Assembly (NCBI GenBank): GCA_046154225.1
Contig: JBJXEM010000007.1
Span: 84,961-148,960, forward strand
DNA from: Rickettsiales bacterium
GTDB lineage: Bacteria; Pseudomonadota; Alphaproteobacteria; Rickettsiales; UBA3002
Reading direction: 5' to 3'
Length of the DNA: 64,000 nucleotides
Part shown: one piece after another, positions 47,891 through 56,890 of the stretch
Layout of the letters: each line of letters opens with the position of its first letter
Position numbering within the stretch: position 1 is the stretch's first letter
Program-made: the position numbers and the translations under genes
The notes under the pieces: generated by a model
Databases searched by the model: none
Told to the model about the DNA's origin: nothing
Seen by the model: the letters and a program-made list of their open reading frames with translations, nothing else

Positions 47891-49761
47891 CACTGCACCG
47901 TTGGCGTTTCAGGCACGCCGACAAGGTCGGTTTTTGCCGGGGCTTCGGGGCTGCTGGCCACCGTGCCTTGGGCGGGCATAAACGGCGCGAGGCCGCGATT
48001 CAGTTTGCCACGAATGACTTCGACCAGTTCCGCCTCGGGTTTGAAATTCAGCGCCCGTTCCCACTGAAACCGCGCTTCGACTTCGCGCCCAACACGCCAA
48101 TACGCATCGCCCAGATGGTCGTTCACCGTCACGTCATCCGGCATGCGGTCAACCGCTTTTTCAAGCAGTTGTGCAGCACCTTTAAAGTCACCTGCGAGGT
48201 AACGTGCCCAGCCAGCAGAATCGAGGATATGGGCATCCTCAGGCCGCGCGTTGAGAGCTAAATCAATATATTGGCGGGCTTTATCGAGGTTCTTGTTCAT
48301 CGTCAGCCAGCTATAGCCCAAATAGTTCAACACGTCGGGCTGGTTGGGGCTGAGGTTCAGGGCGCGCGTAAAATCCGCCTCGGCCATGTCCCATTTGCCG
48401 GAGCGCTCGTAACTGATGCCGCGCGCGTAAAATAGCGGCCAGTCGTTCGGCCCAAGCGGCTCGCTGCGCGTAATGGCCTGGCCGTAACTTTCCGCCGCTT
48501 CGGCATAACGCTCGGCCTCGCGCAGCATGTCGCCTCGGGTGATATAGGCCGATGCATCTTTCGGGTGCGCGCGCGCATATTCGTCGAGCACCGCGAGCGC
48601 TTTTTCCTTCTGCCCCAACGCTTCGTAATTCAGCGCTTTTCGCACTTGGCCACGGCGATAGAACACGCTTTTGGGGTCGATGCCGTCATAGGCCAAAATC
48701 GCCGCATCGTAATCGCCCACCTGTTCATACAGGTTCGCCAGCATCAGCTGCGCCGGTGGGAAATCCGGCCGCAGGCTGAGGGCGACGCGCAGGTAAACGA
48801 AGGTGTCCTGCGTCGCGTCCTGCCCGAAAATAATGCTGGCGGTGGTAAAAAATAATTCGGCCAACCCCTGTTTGGCATTGGCTACCAGCGGGGTGACGCT
48901 GGCCGGGTCAGTCGGCACGAGGGGTTCTGGAATCAGGCTCGAATCCGGGTTGGATTTGGCGTAAGCGTCGAACGCGGCCTGCGCTTCGTCCCACTTGCCC
49001 TCGCGCGCCTTGAAGTTGGCGATGGCCTGCACCACGCGGTAAGGCGTGACGGCCGGGTCGGCGGCGGCTTTGGCATATGCGGTGCGTGCGCCCGCCACGT
49101 TGCCCAGCACATCCTGCATCAGCGCTTCCTGATAGCGAATGAACGGTGCGAAAAAGCCGGATTTATCGATCACCGGCTGCAAATTCACTTCGCCTTTGGT
49201 GTCGCCGTTGGCAATCATCAGCCATTGCGTCATCAAGGGCCGCACAAGGCCGAACAGCCCCGCCGACGGCGCTTTGCCCACCAGTTCGCGCGCGCCGGGA
49301 ATGTCGCCGGCGTTCATGCGGTCGATCAGCAGCGCACATACCACCACAGGGTCGCTGGTGGCGTCGAGCGTACGCGCGATGGCGACGGCCTCGTCAATAT
49401 TACCCGCAAGCAACTGCGCGCGTAGCACTTCGTGTTTCAGCGCTTCGTTATTAGGGTCGCGCACAAGTGTTTCGCCGAGGTATTTCGCGGCTTCCTGCAA
49501 ATCCTGATGTTCGCGTGCAAAACGGCTCGACAGAAAACTACCGGCGAGGCCCGGCTGCACTTCGTGCGTGCGCGACGAGAGCGTTTCGCCACCTGCGGTA
49601 AGCTTCGCGCGCTCGGCGGCGGGCTTAGGCTTCACCCCGTCGGCATGGGCGGCAACGCTGGTTAAAACGCAGACCGCGAGGCCCAGAAAAAAACGAGGAA
49701 AACGTTGGGATTGCGCAGGTCGCACGAGGGGTTGGCCACTTTCCGGATAAAATGCTTGCAC
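47890..49761 (-). CDS. Exported tetratricopeptide-repeat protein
   Basis: Signal-like segment; many TPRs including PDVLNYLGYSW, HILDSAGW, DHLGDAYWRVGR; typical upstream neighbour of ispE; start uncertain. Confidence 0.85.
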   Translation of the reverse strand: MQAFYPESGQPLVRPAQSQRFPRFFLGLAVCVLTSVAAHADGVKPKPAAERAKLTAGGETLSSRTHEVQPGLAGSFLSSRFAREHQDLQEAAKYLGETLVRDPNNEALKHEVLRAQLLAGNIDEAVAIARTLDATSDPVVVCALLIDRMNAGDIPGARELVGKAPSAGLFGLVRPLMTQWLMIANGDTKGEVNLQPVIDKSGFFAPFIRYQEALMQDVLGNVAGARTAYAKAAADPAVTPYRVVQAIANFKAREGKWDEAQAAFDAYAKSNPDSSLIPEPLVPTDPASVTPLVANAKQGLAELFFTTASIIFGQDATQDTFVYLRVALSLRPDFPPAQLMLANLYEQVGDYDAAILAYDGIDPKSVFYRRGQVRKALNYEALGQKEKALAVLDEYARAHPKDASAYITRGDMLREAERYAEAAESYGQAITRSEPLGPNDWPLFYARGISYERSGKWDMAEADFTRALNLSPNQPDVLNYLGYSWLTMNKNLDKARQYIDLALNARPEDAHILDSAGWARYLAGDFKGAAQLLEKAVDRMPDDVTVNDHLGDAYWRVGREVEARFQWERALNFKPEAELVEVIRGKLNRGLAPFMPAQGTVASSPEAPAKTDLVGVPETPTVQ

Positions 49762-49932
49762 TAGGGCCCGGATACATTATATTCCCGCGCCTATCAAATA
49801 TAATCGTGCAAACCTCATGGTTTGTATGATTATCGAATACGTCATTTTAGATGACGGATTCGCGCCGCGAAGCGAGCGTATTTGTACCTGTTAAAAAACT
49901 TGCGCGTAAACCGTGCGGAAAATGAGGATGCC

Positions 49933-50130
49933 ATGAGCAGTAAGAACAACCCAGAGATGCGTGGTGAAGTCACCCAACTGCGTAAGTACAAGGATAAAGT
50001 AGTGAAGCCGTGCCGCATCATCAACCGCGAAGAAGGCCTCGACATTCTGGGTGCCGCTTATGAAAACGGCGAAATCGTGATCGACGCCGTCACCAAACGC
50101 GCCATTCCCTACAGCGAAATCTACGGCTAG
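49933..50130 (+). CDS. Small hypothetical protein (65 aa)
   Basis: GAGG RBS, host-like codons, fills the TPR/ETF-QO gap. Confidence 0.6.
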   Translation: MSSKNNPEMRGEVTQLRKYKDKVVKPCRIINREEGLDILGAAYENGEIVIDAVTKRAIPYSEIYG

Positions 50131-50151
50131 TTTTTTGAGTTGCTACGGACA

Positions 50152-50177
50152 TCCACCTACGCCAAGGCTTCGGTGGA
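50152..50177. repeat. Stand-alone mini-hairpin with the CTACGCCAAGGCTTCG core
   Basis: TCCAC-CTACGCCAAGGCTTCG-GTGGA; same 16-nt core as the inserts at 8677 and 19344. Confidence 0.75.
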
Positions 50178-50240
50178 CGCAGTCGGCATACTGCCTGGTC
50201 GATCTCGCTTTTTAGGGCTCATTTTTCCAACAAACAAACT

Positions 50241-50323
50241 TGTCACCCCGTCTTTACGACGGAGTCCAGCTTGCAATCGCGAAGCGGGATCCCGGTGTTT
50301 GCAAGGGCAAAACCGGGATGACA
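50241..50323. repeat. Palindromic element family A variant
   Basis: Near reverse complement of 17459-17542. Confidence 0.85.
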
Positions 50324-50369
50324 GAGTGGTGTTTCTGGCGCATGGTTCGGCAGCCCTATATTAAAAAAA

Positions 50370-51959
50370 CTACATATTCGGATAGTTTGGCCCACCGCCC
50401 CCCTCAGGCGTACGCCACTCGATATTCTGGCTGGTGTCCTTGATGTCGCAGGTTTTGCAATGCACGCAATTTTGCGCGTTGATTTGCAGGCGTTTGGCAC
50501 CCGCCTCTTCCACCACTTCATACACCCCGGCGGGGCAAAAACGCTGCTCCGGCGCGTCGTACACGGGCAGGTTTAGCTCACTGAATACTTTCGGCTCACG
50601 CAAATGCAAATGGCAGGGCTGGTCTTCCTCGTGGTTGGTGTTGGATAGATACACCGAACTCGTGCGGTCGAAACTCACCACGCCATCCGGCGCGGGATAC
50701 GCAATCGGCTTGTGGCAACGCGCTGGCTCCGTCGCCTGATGATCCGCCTCGGCGTGGCGCAATGTCCACGGCGCGCGGCCACGGAAAAGATAGGTGTCGA
50801 TGGCCGCCAGCGACAAGCCGGCCCACATGCCGAAATGAAACCCCGGGCGAATATTGCGCACACCATGCAATTCTTTACCTACCCACGACGCACGCAGTTT
50901 TTCTTCGAACGCGGCCATGTCGTCAGCCACCGCTGCTTCTGCCGCCAGCATGCCGCTTTTCATGGCGAGGTGGCTGCCTTTGATGCGCGGCACATTCAAA
51001 AATCCTGCCGCACAGCCGATGAGTGCGCCGCCGGGGAAAGTCAGTTTCGGAATACTTTGCCACCCGCCTTCATTCAGCGCGCGTGCGCCGTAAGCGAGGC
51101 GTTTGCCGTTCTGGAGCAGTGGCTGAATCGCCGGGTGGGTTTTGAAACGCTGGAATTCCTTGAACGGATCGAGATACGGGTTTTTGTAATCGAGCCCCAC
51201 CACAAAACCAATCGCTACCTGATGGTCGTCGAGGTGATAGATAAACGAGCCGCCATAGGTTGCATTGTTCATCGGCCAGCCGATGCTGTGCTCGACCAGA
51301 CCCGGCTGGTGGTTATCGGGCGACACCTGCCAGATTTCCTTGATACCGATGCCGTAGGTTTGTGGTTGGCGCCCCTCGCGCAACTTGAATTCTTTCATCA
51401 GCTTTTCACTCAAACTGCCGCGACAACCTTCGGCAAACAGCGTTAGCTTGGCACGCAATTCCATTGGCGCTTGGTAGCTCGCTTTATGCTCGCCGTTTTT
51501 GGCGACACCGAAGGCACCGGTGCGCACACCTTTTACCGCACCATCCTCGATAATCGCTTCAGCGGCTGGAAAGCCGGGGAAAATCTGCACGCCGAGTGCT
51601 TCGGCTTCGCGCCCCAGCCAGCGGCAGACATTGGCCAGCGAAATGACATAGTTGCCGTGGTTTTTCATTTGCGGCGGCGTAGGCAAACGGAATTTTTTGC
51701 GGCTGGTCAGCAAATGAAAATGGTCGCTCACCACCGGCACATTCAGCGGTGCGCCGCGCTCTTTCCAGTCGGGGAATAATTCGTTGATGGCGATCGGGTC
51801 CATCACCGCGCCGGATAAAATATGCGCGCCAATCTCCGAACCTTTTTCAAGCAGGATGACATTCAGATTCCCATCCAACTGCCGCAGCCGAATCGCCGCC
51901 GAAAGCCCCGCCGGCCCGCCGCCGACGATTAATACGTCGCATTCCATGATTTCAGTCAT
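50370..51959 (-). CDS. Electron transfer flavoprotein-ubiquinone oxidoreductase
   Basis: VGGGPAGL, EKGSEIGAHILSG, GARALNEGG, CPAGVYE, NAQNCVHCKTCDIKD. Confidence 0.96.
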   Translation of the reverse strand: MTEIMECDVLIVGGGPAGLSAAIRLRQLDGNLNVILLEKGSEIGAHILSGAVMDPIAINELFPDWKERGAPLNVPVVSDHFHLLTSRKKFRLPTPPQMKNHGNYVISLANVCRWLGREAEALGVQIFPGFPAAEAIIEDGAVKGVRTGAFGVAKNGEHKASYQAPMELRAKLTLFAEGCRGSLSEKLMKEFKLREGRQPQTYGIGIKEIWQVSPDNHQPGLVEHSIGWPMNNATYGGSFIYHLDDHQVAIGFVVGLDYKNPYLDPFKEFQRFKTHPAIQPLLQNGKRLAYGARALNEGGWQSIPKLTFPGGALIGCAAGFLNVPRIKGSHLAMKSGMLAAEAAVADDMAAFEEKLRASWVGKELHGVRNIRPGFHFGMWAGLSLAAIDTYLFRGRAPWTLRHAEADHQATEPARCHKPIAYPAPDGVVSFDRTSSVYLSNTNHEEDQPCHLHLREPKVFSELNLPVYDAPEQRFCPAGVYEVVEEAGAKRLQINAQNCVHCKTCDIKDTSQNIEWRTPEGGGGPNYPNM

Positions 51960-52163
51960 ATCCCTCCGTCATTCCCCGAATTTGTGTAACAAATTATAGG
52001 GGAATCCATGAGGCATTTCACCATGGATCGCCCTATAATTGCTAGCGCAATTCGGGCGAAGACGAAATATGGGGTGACGGTATGGGTTTTTTGCACGGCA
52101 ATGCCACACATACAGAATGTCACCCCGCACTCGTTGCGGGGTCTGTCTTCCTTGAAGGCACTA

Positions 52164-52346
52164 TTATAGTGTACGTTCCGTTCCGCCTGTTCCGGGGCCG
52201 ATGGGGCCGGCAAGCTGGTCGCCGGTGAACTGAGCATTTTTCGTCAACACTGGCAGCGTGAGGGTTTTGAATGTCAGTGCATCGAGTGCGCTGTAAAGCC
52301 CATCGCGCGCAAACGTTGCTAATTCGCTTCCGGGAACTTTAGCCAC
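52164..52346 (-). CDS. Small hypothetical protein (60 aa)
   Basis: GTG start after GGAGGTG, overlapping the end of the upstream small ORF. Confidence 0.45.
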   Translation of the reverse strand: MAKVPGSELATFARDGLYSALDALTFKTLTLPVLTKNAQFTGDQLAGPIGPGTGGTERTL

Positions 52347-52629
52347 GTGTCACCTCCTGCTCGTGGTCGAGCTGGTCAAGGAATTCAATCGCGCGGCGCT
52401 GGCATTCCAGTGTGGGCAGGCTGACGGCGGCGAGTTCTTTGGCTTGGCGGATTTTGCGCATGTTCACGCCGCAACTGGCCAAATGGCCGCGGTTGCTGCT
52501 CATGCGCGGGTCGGCCAGCAGCGCTTTGGCATATTCCATGTCGCGCTCGGCCTGCATGGCGGCGGTCAGCTCGATCACGGCCTTCGCGGCGATGTCGGGT
52601 GCATAATACTGTGGTTCGATGAGTTGCAT
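52339..52629 (-). CDS. Small hypothetical protein (96 aa)
   Basis: Host-like codons, divergent from UDG, no overlap with known genes. Confidence 0.55.
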   Translation of the reverse strand: MQLIEPQYYAPDIAAKAVIELTAAMQAERDMEYAKALLADPRMSSNRGHLASCGVNMRKIRQAKELAAVSLPTLECQRRAIEFLDQLDHEQEVTRG

Positions 52630-52694
52630 GGTTTGACGGTCCGATTCCTAGCTGTTACCCAGTATTACCTCAAATTAGTTAAAATTTCGTTGCC

Positions 52695-53519
52695 ATGACC
52701 CAACTTTCTGAAAATGCAGCCTACGACGCCCTCGCCTGGCACGCCGAGATTGGGGTGGATTGCTGTGTCGAGCCCGTGCCGCAGAAGGCGCAGGGGCGGG
52801 TTTCGGGTCTCGGGGCTCGGGTCTCGGAAGTAAAAGCTACGCCCGGCGCCGCCCCTGCCCTTACGAACCCCGAACCCCGAACCCCGAACCCCGAACCCGC
52901 CTCGCTCGCTACCGCCATCGCCGAAGCACGCGCGCTGGCCGATGCGGCTTCCGACCTTGCAGCACTCGAGGCGGCAGTGCGCGGCTTCAATGGCTGCGCG
53001 CTGAAAAAAACGGCGACCAACACCGTGTTTGCGCAAGGGGTAGCCAGCAGCCGCGTCATGTTCATCGGCGAAGCGCCGGGGGCCGACGAGGATCGCGCTG
53101 GCGTGCCATTCTGCGGGCCCAGCGGCCAGTTACTCGACAAAATGCTGGGATTCATTGGCCTGAAACGGACCGAGAATTTCTACATCACCAACACGTTGTT
53201 TTGGCGCCCGCCCGGCAACCGCCAGCCGACGGCGGAGGAACTCGATATCTGCAAACCATTTGTCGAGAAACACATCGCGCTGGTGAACCCCAAATTACTG
53301 GTGCTGGTGGGCGGCACCGCGACCAAAGCCGTGCTGAACGAAGATCGCGGCATCACCCGCCTGCGCGGGCAGAAATTCACCTATAAAAACGATTATCTGG
53401 CGCACGAAATTCCGGTGCGGGTGATCTATCACCCCAGCTACCTATTACGCCAACCGCTGGCCAAAAAACAGACCTGGTCCGATTTATTGGCGATACGGGA
53501 TGCGCTGCTAATCAAGTAG
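52695..53519 (+). CDS. Uracil-DNA glycosylase family 4
   Basis: FIGEAPGADED..G.PF.GPSG.LLD.ML, YITN...RPPGNR.P, YHPSYLLR. Confidence 0.93.
   Translation: MTQLSENAAYDALAWHAEIGVDCCVEPVPQKAQGRVSGLGARVSEVKATPGAAPALTNPEPRTPNPEPASLATAIAEARALADAASDLAALEAAVRGFNGCALKKTATNTVFAQGVASSRVMFIGEAPGADEDRAGVPFCGPSGQLLDKMLGFIGLKRTENFYITNTLFWRPPGNRQPTAEELDICKPFVEKHIALVNPKLLVLVGGTATKAVLNEDRGITRLRGQKFTYKNDYLAHEIPVRVIYHPSYLLRQPLAKKQTWSDLLAIRDALLIK
52797..52898. repeat. Inverted heptamer array in-frame inside the UDG gene
   Basis: GGGTTTC GGGTCTC GGGGCTC GGGTCTC (52798-52825) and CGAACCC x5 (52864-52898). Confidence 0.88.
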
Positions 53520-53525
53520 GATATC

Positions 53526-53657
53526 TGTCATCCCCGCGTAGGCGGGGATCCAGCGCGGCGAGTCTTCGCCGCTAGAATTACCTAGTGTGTTTTTGCTCCA
53601 TGCTAGCTTTATTGTTTGTGCTCCGCACGCTGGATTCCCGCCTGCGCGGGAATGACA
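53526..53657. repeat. Palindromic element family A, long subtype
   Basis: TGTCATCCCCGCG...CGCGGGAATGACA; shares CGGCGAGTCTTCGCCGC and CGCACGCTGGAT with 28228-28358. Confidence 0.9.
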
Positions 53658-53765
53658 AAATTATGATTTATGGACCATTTGCAACAATCTAGCATATTGA
53701 TATCTATCAATATCAAGCATTCCCACTTGCTGGCTTACCTGTTTTGCCCTATATAACCCGCCCCG

Positions 53766-55307
53766 ATGAAAAAACGACTGAACCATATGCTATCCGCCCT
53801 TCCTGCCGTGCTCACGGCCCGCCACCCCAGTGGCTGGCGCTGGGCTTATGCGTTTGCGCTTGGCATGGCGCTGTTTTTGGCGATGCCGAATCCGGCCCCA
53901 CAGGCATCCGTCGCGGTCGCCGTAAACCCCGCGCCCGCGAACGACCCCGCCCAACTCGCCGCGGCGGACACGGTACAATATCGCCTTATTTTCGCCGCCC
54001 AAGACGCAGGCGATTTCGCCGCTGCCGATGCGCATATCGCGCAGCTGACCAATCACGCGTTGCTGGGCCATGTGCTGGCCGAGCGCTACCTCGACCCGCG
54101 CTACCACGCGAGCGCGGCCCAGCTTGACCAATGGCTCGACCGTTACCGCGACCACCCGGGTGCGGCGCGCATCGCCAAACTCGCCAACGGGCGCGGCCTG
54201 CAACTGGCCCGCAGTGCGAATGCGCTGAAAGGCAGCGGCTATATCGACCATCTCGGCCGCAGCACCATGCCCGACCGCTGGTACGAAGCCCTGAGCCATT
54301 GGCGTGAAGCCGATTACGACGCCGCCGCGCCAATGTTTCTGGCCGTCGCCGACGATGCGTCGCTGTCGGATTGGCAGCGCGCAGCGGGGTATTACTGGGC
54401 CTACCGCGCGTCCGACCGTGCGGGCGAATCGCGCGCCGCGCACCGCGCGCTGGCCCATGCGGCGGAATTCCCGACCACCTTCTACGGCCTGCTCGCCAAT
54501 CGCGCTTTCGGCACGCCCGACCTGCATGCCAGCGCCCCCAAAGTGGCGGAAAATGTACGCCGCAACCCGCATGCGCAGCGCGCAGCCCTGCTGGCACGCC
54601 TGACGAAGAACGATGCCGCCGAAGCGGAATTGCGTCTGCTGTACGCACAGGTGCCCGACAAATTACGCCCCGGCATCATCACGCTGGCGAGCGAACTGAA
54701 CCTGCCGAACCTGCAGGTGCGCCTCGCCCGTTTGCCGGGCCTCTCGGCCAGTGAATCGCTGTTCGCGCAATACCCCATGCCCGGCTTCATGGTGGACGCG
54801 CAACACGCCGTTGACCCCTCGCTGCTGCTGGCCATTGCGCGCAACGAGTCGGGCTTTCGGGCCGATGTGGGTTCGAGCGCCGGTGCGCGCGGCATGATGC
54901 AAATGCTGCCCGCCACTGCGCGCGCGGTGGAGCGCAAAATCGGCCTCGCCAGCCTGCAGTTGGCCAGCAACGAAAGCTTAAGCGTGGTCGAGCGTTTGGC
55001 TGACCCTGAAACCTCGGTGCGTTATGGTGCCGAATACATCAAGCTATTGTCGGCCGAGCCGGCGATTCGCGGTAATTTAGTGCGCTTGCTCGCGGGCTAT
55101 AATGCGGGCCCCGGTGCCGTCGCGAGTTGGCAGCGCGCCGCCGCGCAGGTCGACGATCCGTTGCTGTACATCGAATCGATCCCCTACGCCGAAACCCGCA
55201 ACTACGTGATGCAGGTGATGGCGCAATACTGGATCTATCAAGTGCTGCGCGGCGAACAACCCGCCAGCCTCGCCGCCATGGCCCAGGGCAGCTGGCCGCA
55301 AGTTTAG
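53766..55307 (+). CDS. Soluble lytic transglycosylase (SLT domain)
   Basis: AIARNESGF, GARGMMQMLPATA, YNAGPG, ESIPYAETRNYV. Confidence 0.92.
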   Translation: MKKRLNHMLSALPAVLTARHPSGWRWAYAFALGMALFLAMPNPAPQASVAVAVNPAPANDPAQLAAADTVQYRLIFAAQDAGDFAAADAHIAQLTNHALLGHVLAERYLDPRYHASAAQLDQWLDRYRDHPGAARIAKLANGRGLQLARSANALKGSGYIDHLGRSTMPDRWYEALSHWREADYDAAAPMFLAVADDASLSDWQRAAGYYWAYRASDRAGESRAAHRALAHAAEFPTTFYGLLANRAFGTPDLHASAPKVAENVRRNPHAQRAALLARLTKNDAAEAELRLLYAQVPDKLRPGIITLASELNLPNLQVRLARLPGLSASESLFAQYPMPGFMVDAQHAVDPSLLLAIARNESGFRADVGSSAGARGMMQMLPATARAVERKIGLASLQLASNESLSVVERLADPETSVRYGAEYIKLLSAEPAIRGNLVRLLAGYNAGPGAVASWQRAAAQVDDPLLYIESIPYAETRNYVMQVMAQYWIYQVLRGEQPASLAAMAQGSWPQV

Positions 55308-55421
55308 GGTTTAGGGTATAGGGTTTAGGGTATAGGAAAAGAACCATGCCCTCGCGCTTCCTTTCTAAACCCTAAACCCTAAACCCTATACCCTAAACCC
55401 TATACCCTAACCCCTAACCCC
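55302..55421. repeat. Inverted heptamer array (TTTAGGG/TATAGGG)5-spacer-(CCCTAAA-type)8
   Basis: G arm 55302-55336 overlapping the slt stop codon; C arm 55365-55421. Confidence 0.92.
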
Positions 55422-55435
55422 TCCCTGCCTCCCTC

Positions 55436-56044
55436 ATGCCCCATTTCGAACTCGAAACCCACCACGCCCCCCACCCCGTCGCCGGGGTGGACGAAGCAGG
55501 CCGTGGGCCGTGGGCCGGGCCGGTGGTGGCTGCCGCGGTGATATTCGATACGGCACATATTCCCCCAGGGCTCGATGATTCCAAAAAAATCCGCCCGGCA
55601 CGGCGCGAGGAATTATTCGCGGCGATTCACAATACGGCGCGCGCGGTCGGCGTGGGCACGGCCAGTGTCGAGGAGATTGACCGCTTAAATATCTGGCAGG
55701 CGACGGCCCTCGCTATGGAGCGCGCGGTGGCGGCTTTGCCCCTGCCCCCAACCTATTTACTCATCGACGGTAACCGGCTGCCCACGCGCCTGCCCTGCCC
55801 GGCGACTGCCGTGATTGGCGGCGACGGCATTTCGCTGTCGATTGCCGCCGCCTCCATCATCGCCAAAACCACCCGCGACCGGCTGATGGTTGAACTCGCC
55901 CAGCAATTTCCGCACTACGGCTTCGAGCGCCACGCCGGTTACGGCACGGCCGCCCACGCGAGCGCCCTCGCCGCCCACGGCCCCTGCCCCGCCCACCGAA
56001 CCAGCTTCGCCCCCATCCGCGCGTTACTCAAACGGGCGGCATGA
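55436..56044 (+). CDS. rnhB: Ribonuclease HII
   Basis: [51 protein letters not shown]. Confidence 0.97.
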   Translation: MPHFELETHHAPHPVAGVDEAGRGPWAGPVVAAAVIFDTAHIPPGLDDSKKIRPARREELFAAIHNTARAVGVGTASVEEIDRLNIWQATALAMERAVAALPLPPTYLLIDGNRLPTRLPCPATAVIGGDGISLSIAAASIIAKTTRDRLMVELAQQFPHYGFERHAGYGTAAHASALAAHGPCPAHRTSFAPIRALLKRAA

Positions 56045-56070
56045 CTAAGAACGCCCCGATATTTCTTACC

Positions 56071-56219
56071 GCTCCCCCCTTGCGGGGGAGCCAAATTCGA
56101 CTGCGAATTTGGTGGGGGGTTATGCGGCGGACCGTTTATCGCTGGCATGCCCAATTCACACCTACGTCCCCCCCACCAAAAACCTTGAGCGGGTTTTGGC
56201 TCCCCCGCATGGGGGGAGC
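56071..56219. repeat. Palindromic element family C
   Basis: GCTCCCCCCTTGCGGGGGAGC...GCTCCCCCGCATGGGGGGAGC terminal hairpins with inner TTTGGTGGGGGG/CCCCCCACCAAA IR. Confidence 0.82.
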
Positions 56220-56261
56220 GAGAATGATCTGTACATCCTCGACCCTCGCCGCGAGGTATGC

Positions 56262-56756
56262 TTGAACGACACCCCCAAACCCACCTACCGCAAACGCCGC
56301 TTGTTTCCGCGCGGGTTGGGCGAAGTGGTGAAGGCCGCGACCCAACCGCTGATGGACAAACAGGGCAAGCTCTACGGTGCGCTGCTGCGCGACTGGGCAA
56401 GCATCGTGGGTCCCACGCGCGCCGCCGTCACCAAACCGCAACGCCTACAATTCTCGAGCAACGAGGCGAGCGGTGCGGTGCTGCATCTGGAAGTACGCCC
56501 CGCCGCCGCCCCGGCGCTTGCCTACGAAACCGCCGAAATGCTGGAACAATGCGCCCGCCATTTCGGCTACCGCGCGATTGAACGTATCGTGCTGCACCCC
56601 ACCCACGGCGTGTTCGCCGACGCGGCCATACCCGAAAAAACCGAAGCGCCAAAAACCCTGAACATCACCTCCATTCCGGCCAGCATGCCCACCGAAATGC
56701 GCGGCGTGCTCGAGCGGCTTGCACAGCAGGTTGCCAAATCGGATTTACCGAAGTAG
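56262..56756 (+). CDS. dciA: DUF721/DciA family protein
   Basis: LRDWASIVG....T.P.RL, LHLEV, EMLEQ...HFGYRAIERI; start uncertain (TTG 56262 chosen). Confidence 0.72.
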   Translation: MNDTPKPTYRKRRLFPRGLGEVVKAATQPLMDKQGKLYGALLRDWASIVGPTRAAVTKPQRLQFSSNEASGAVLHLEVRPAAAPALAYETAEMLEQCARHFGYRAIERIVLHPTHGVFADAAIPEKTEAPKTLNITSIPASMPTEMRGVLERLAQQVAKSDLPK

Positions 56757-56890
56757 AGAAGGCGCACCAAGAATATCCGCAGCCTTTCATCCCGTCCGCG
56801 TGGCGGGGTCCGTCTTCTTAAAAAGGTGGACGCTATTGTAAAAACGGCATGACAAATGGGGCTTTAGAAAACAAAAAAGGAATCTTCATC

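Noticed and set aside
55302-55421. Plant telomere contamination or contig end
   Set aside because: Short, degenerate, inverted, embedded between intact co-oriented bacterial genes, and architecturally matched by two other arrays; read-level confirmation is still advisable
56109-56261. N-terminal 51 aa of the DciA ORF in the track
   Set aside because: Begins inside and largely translates a family C palindrome
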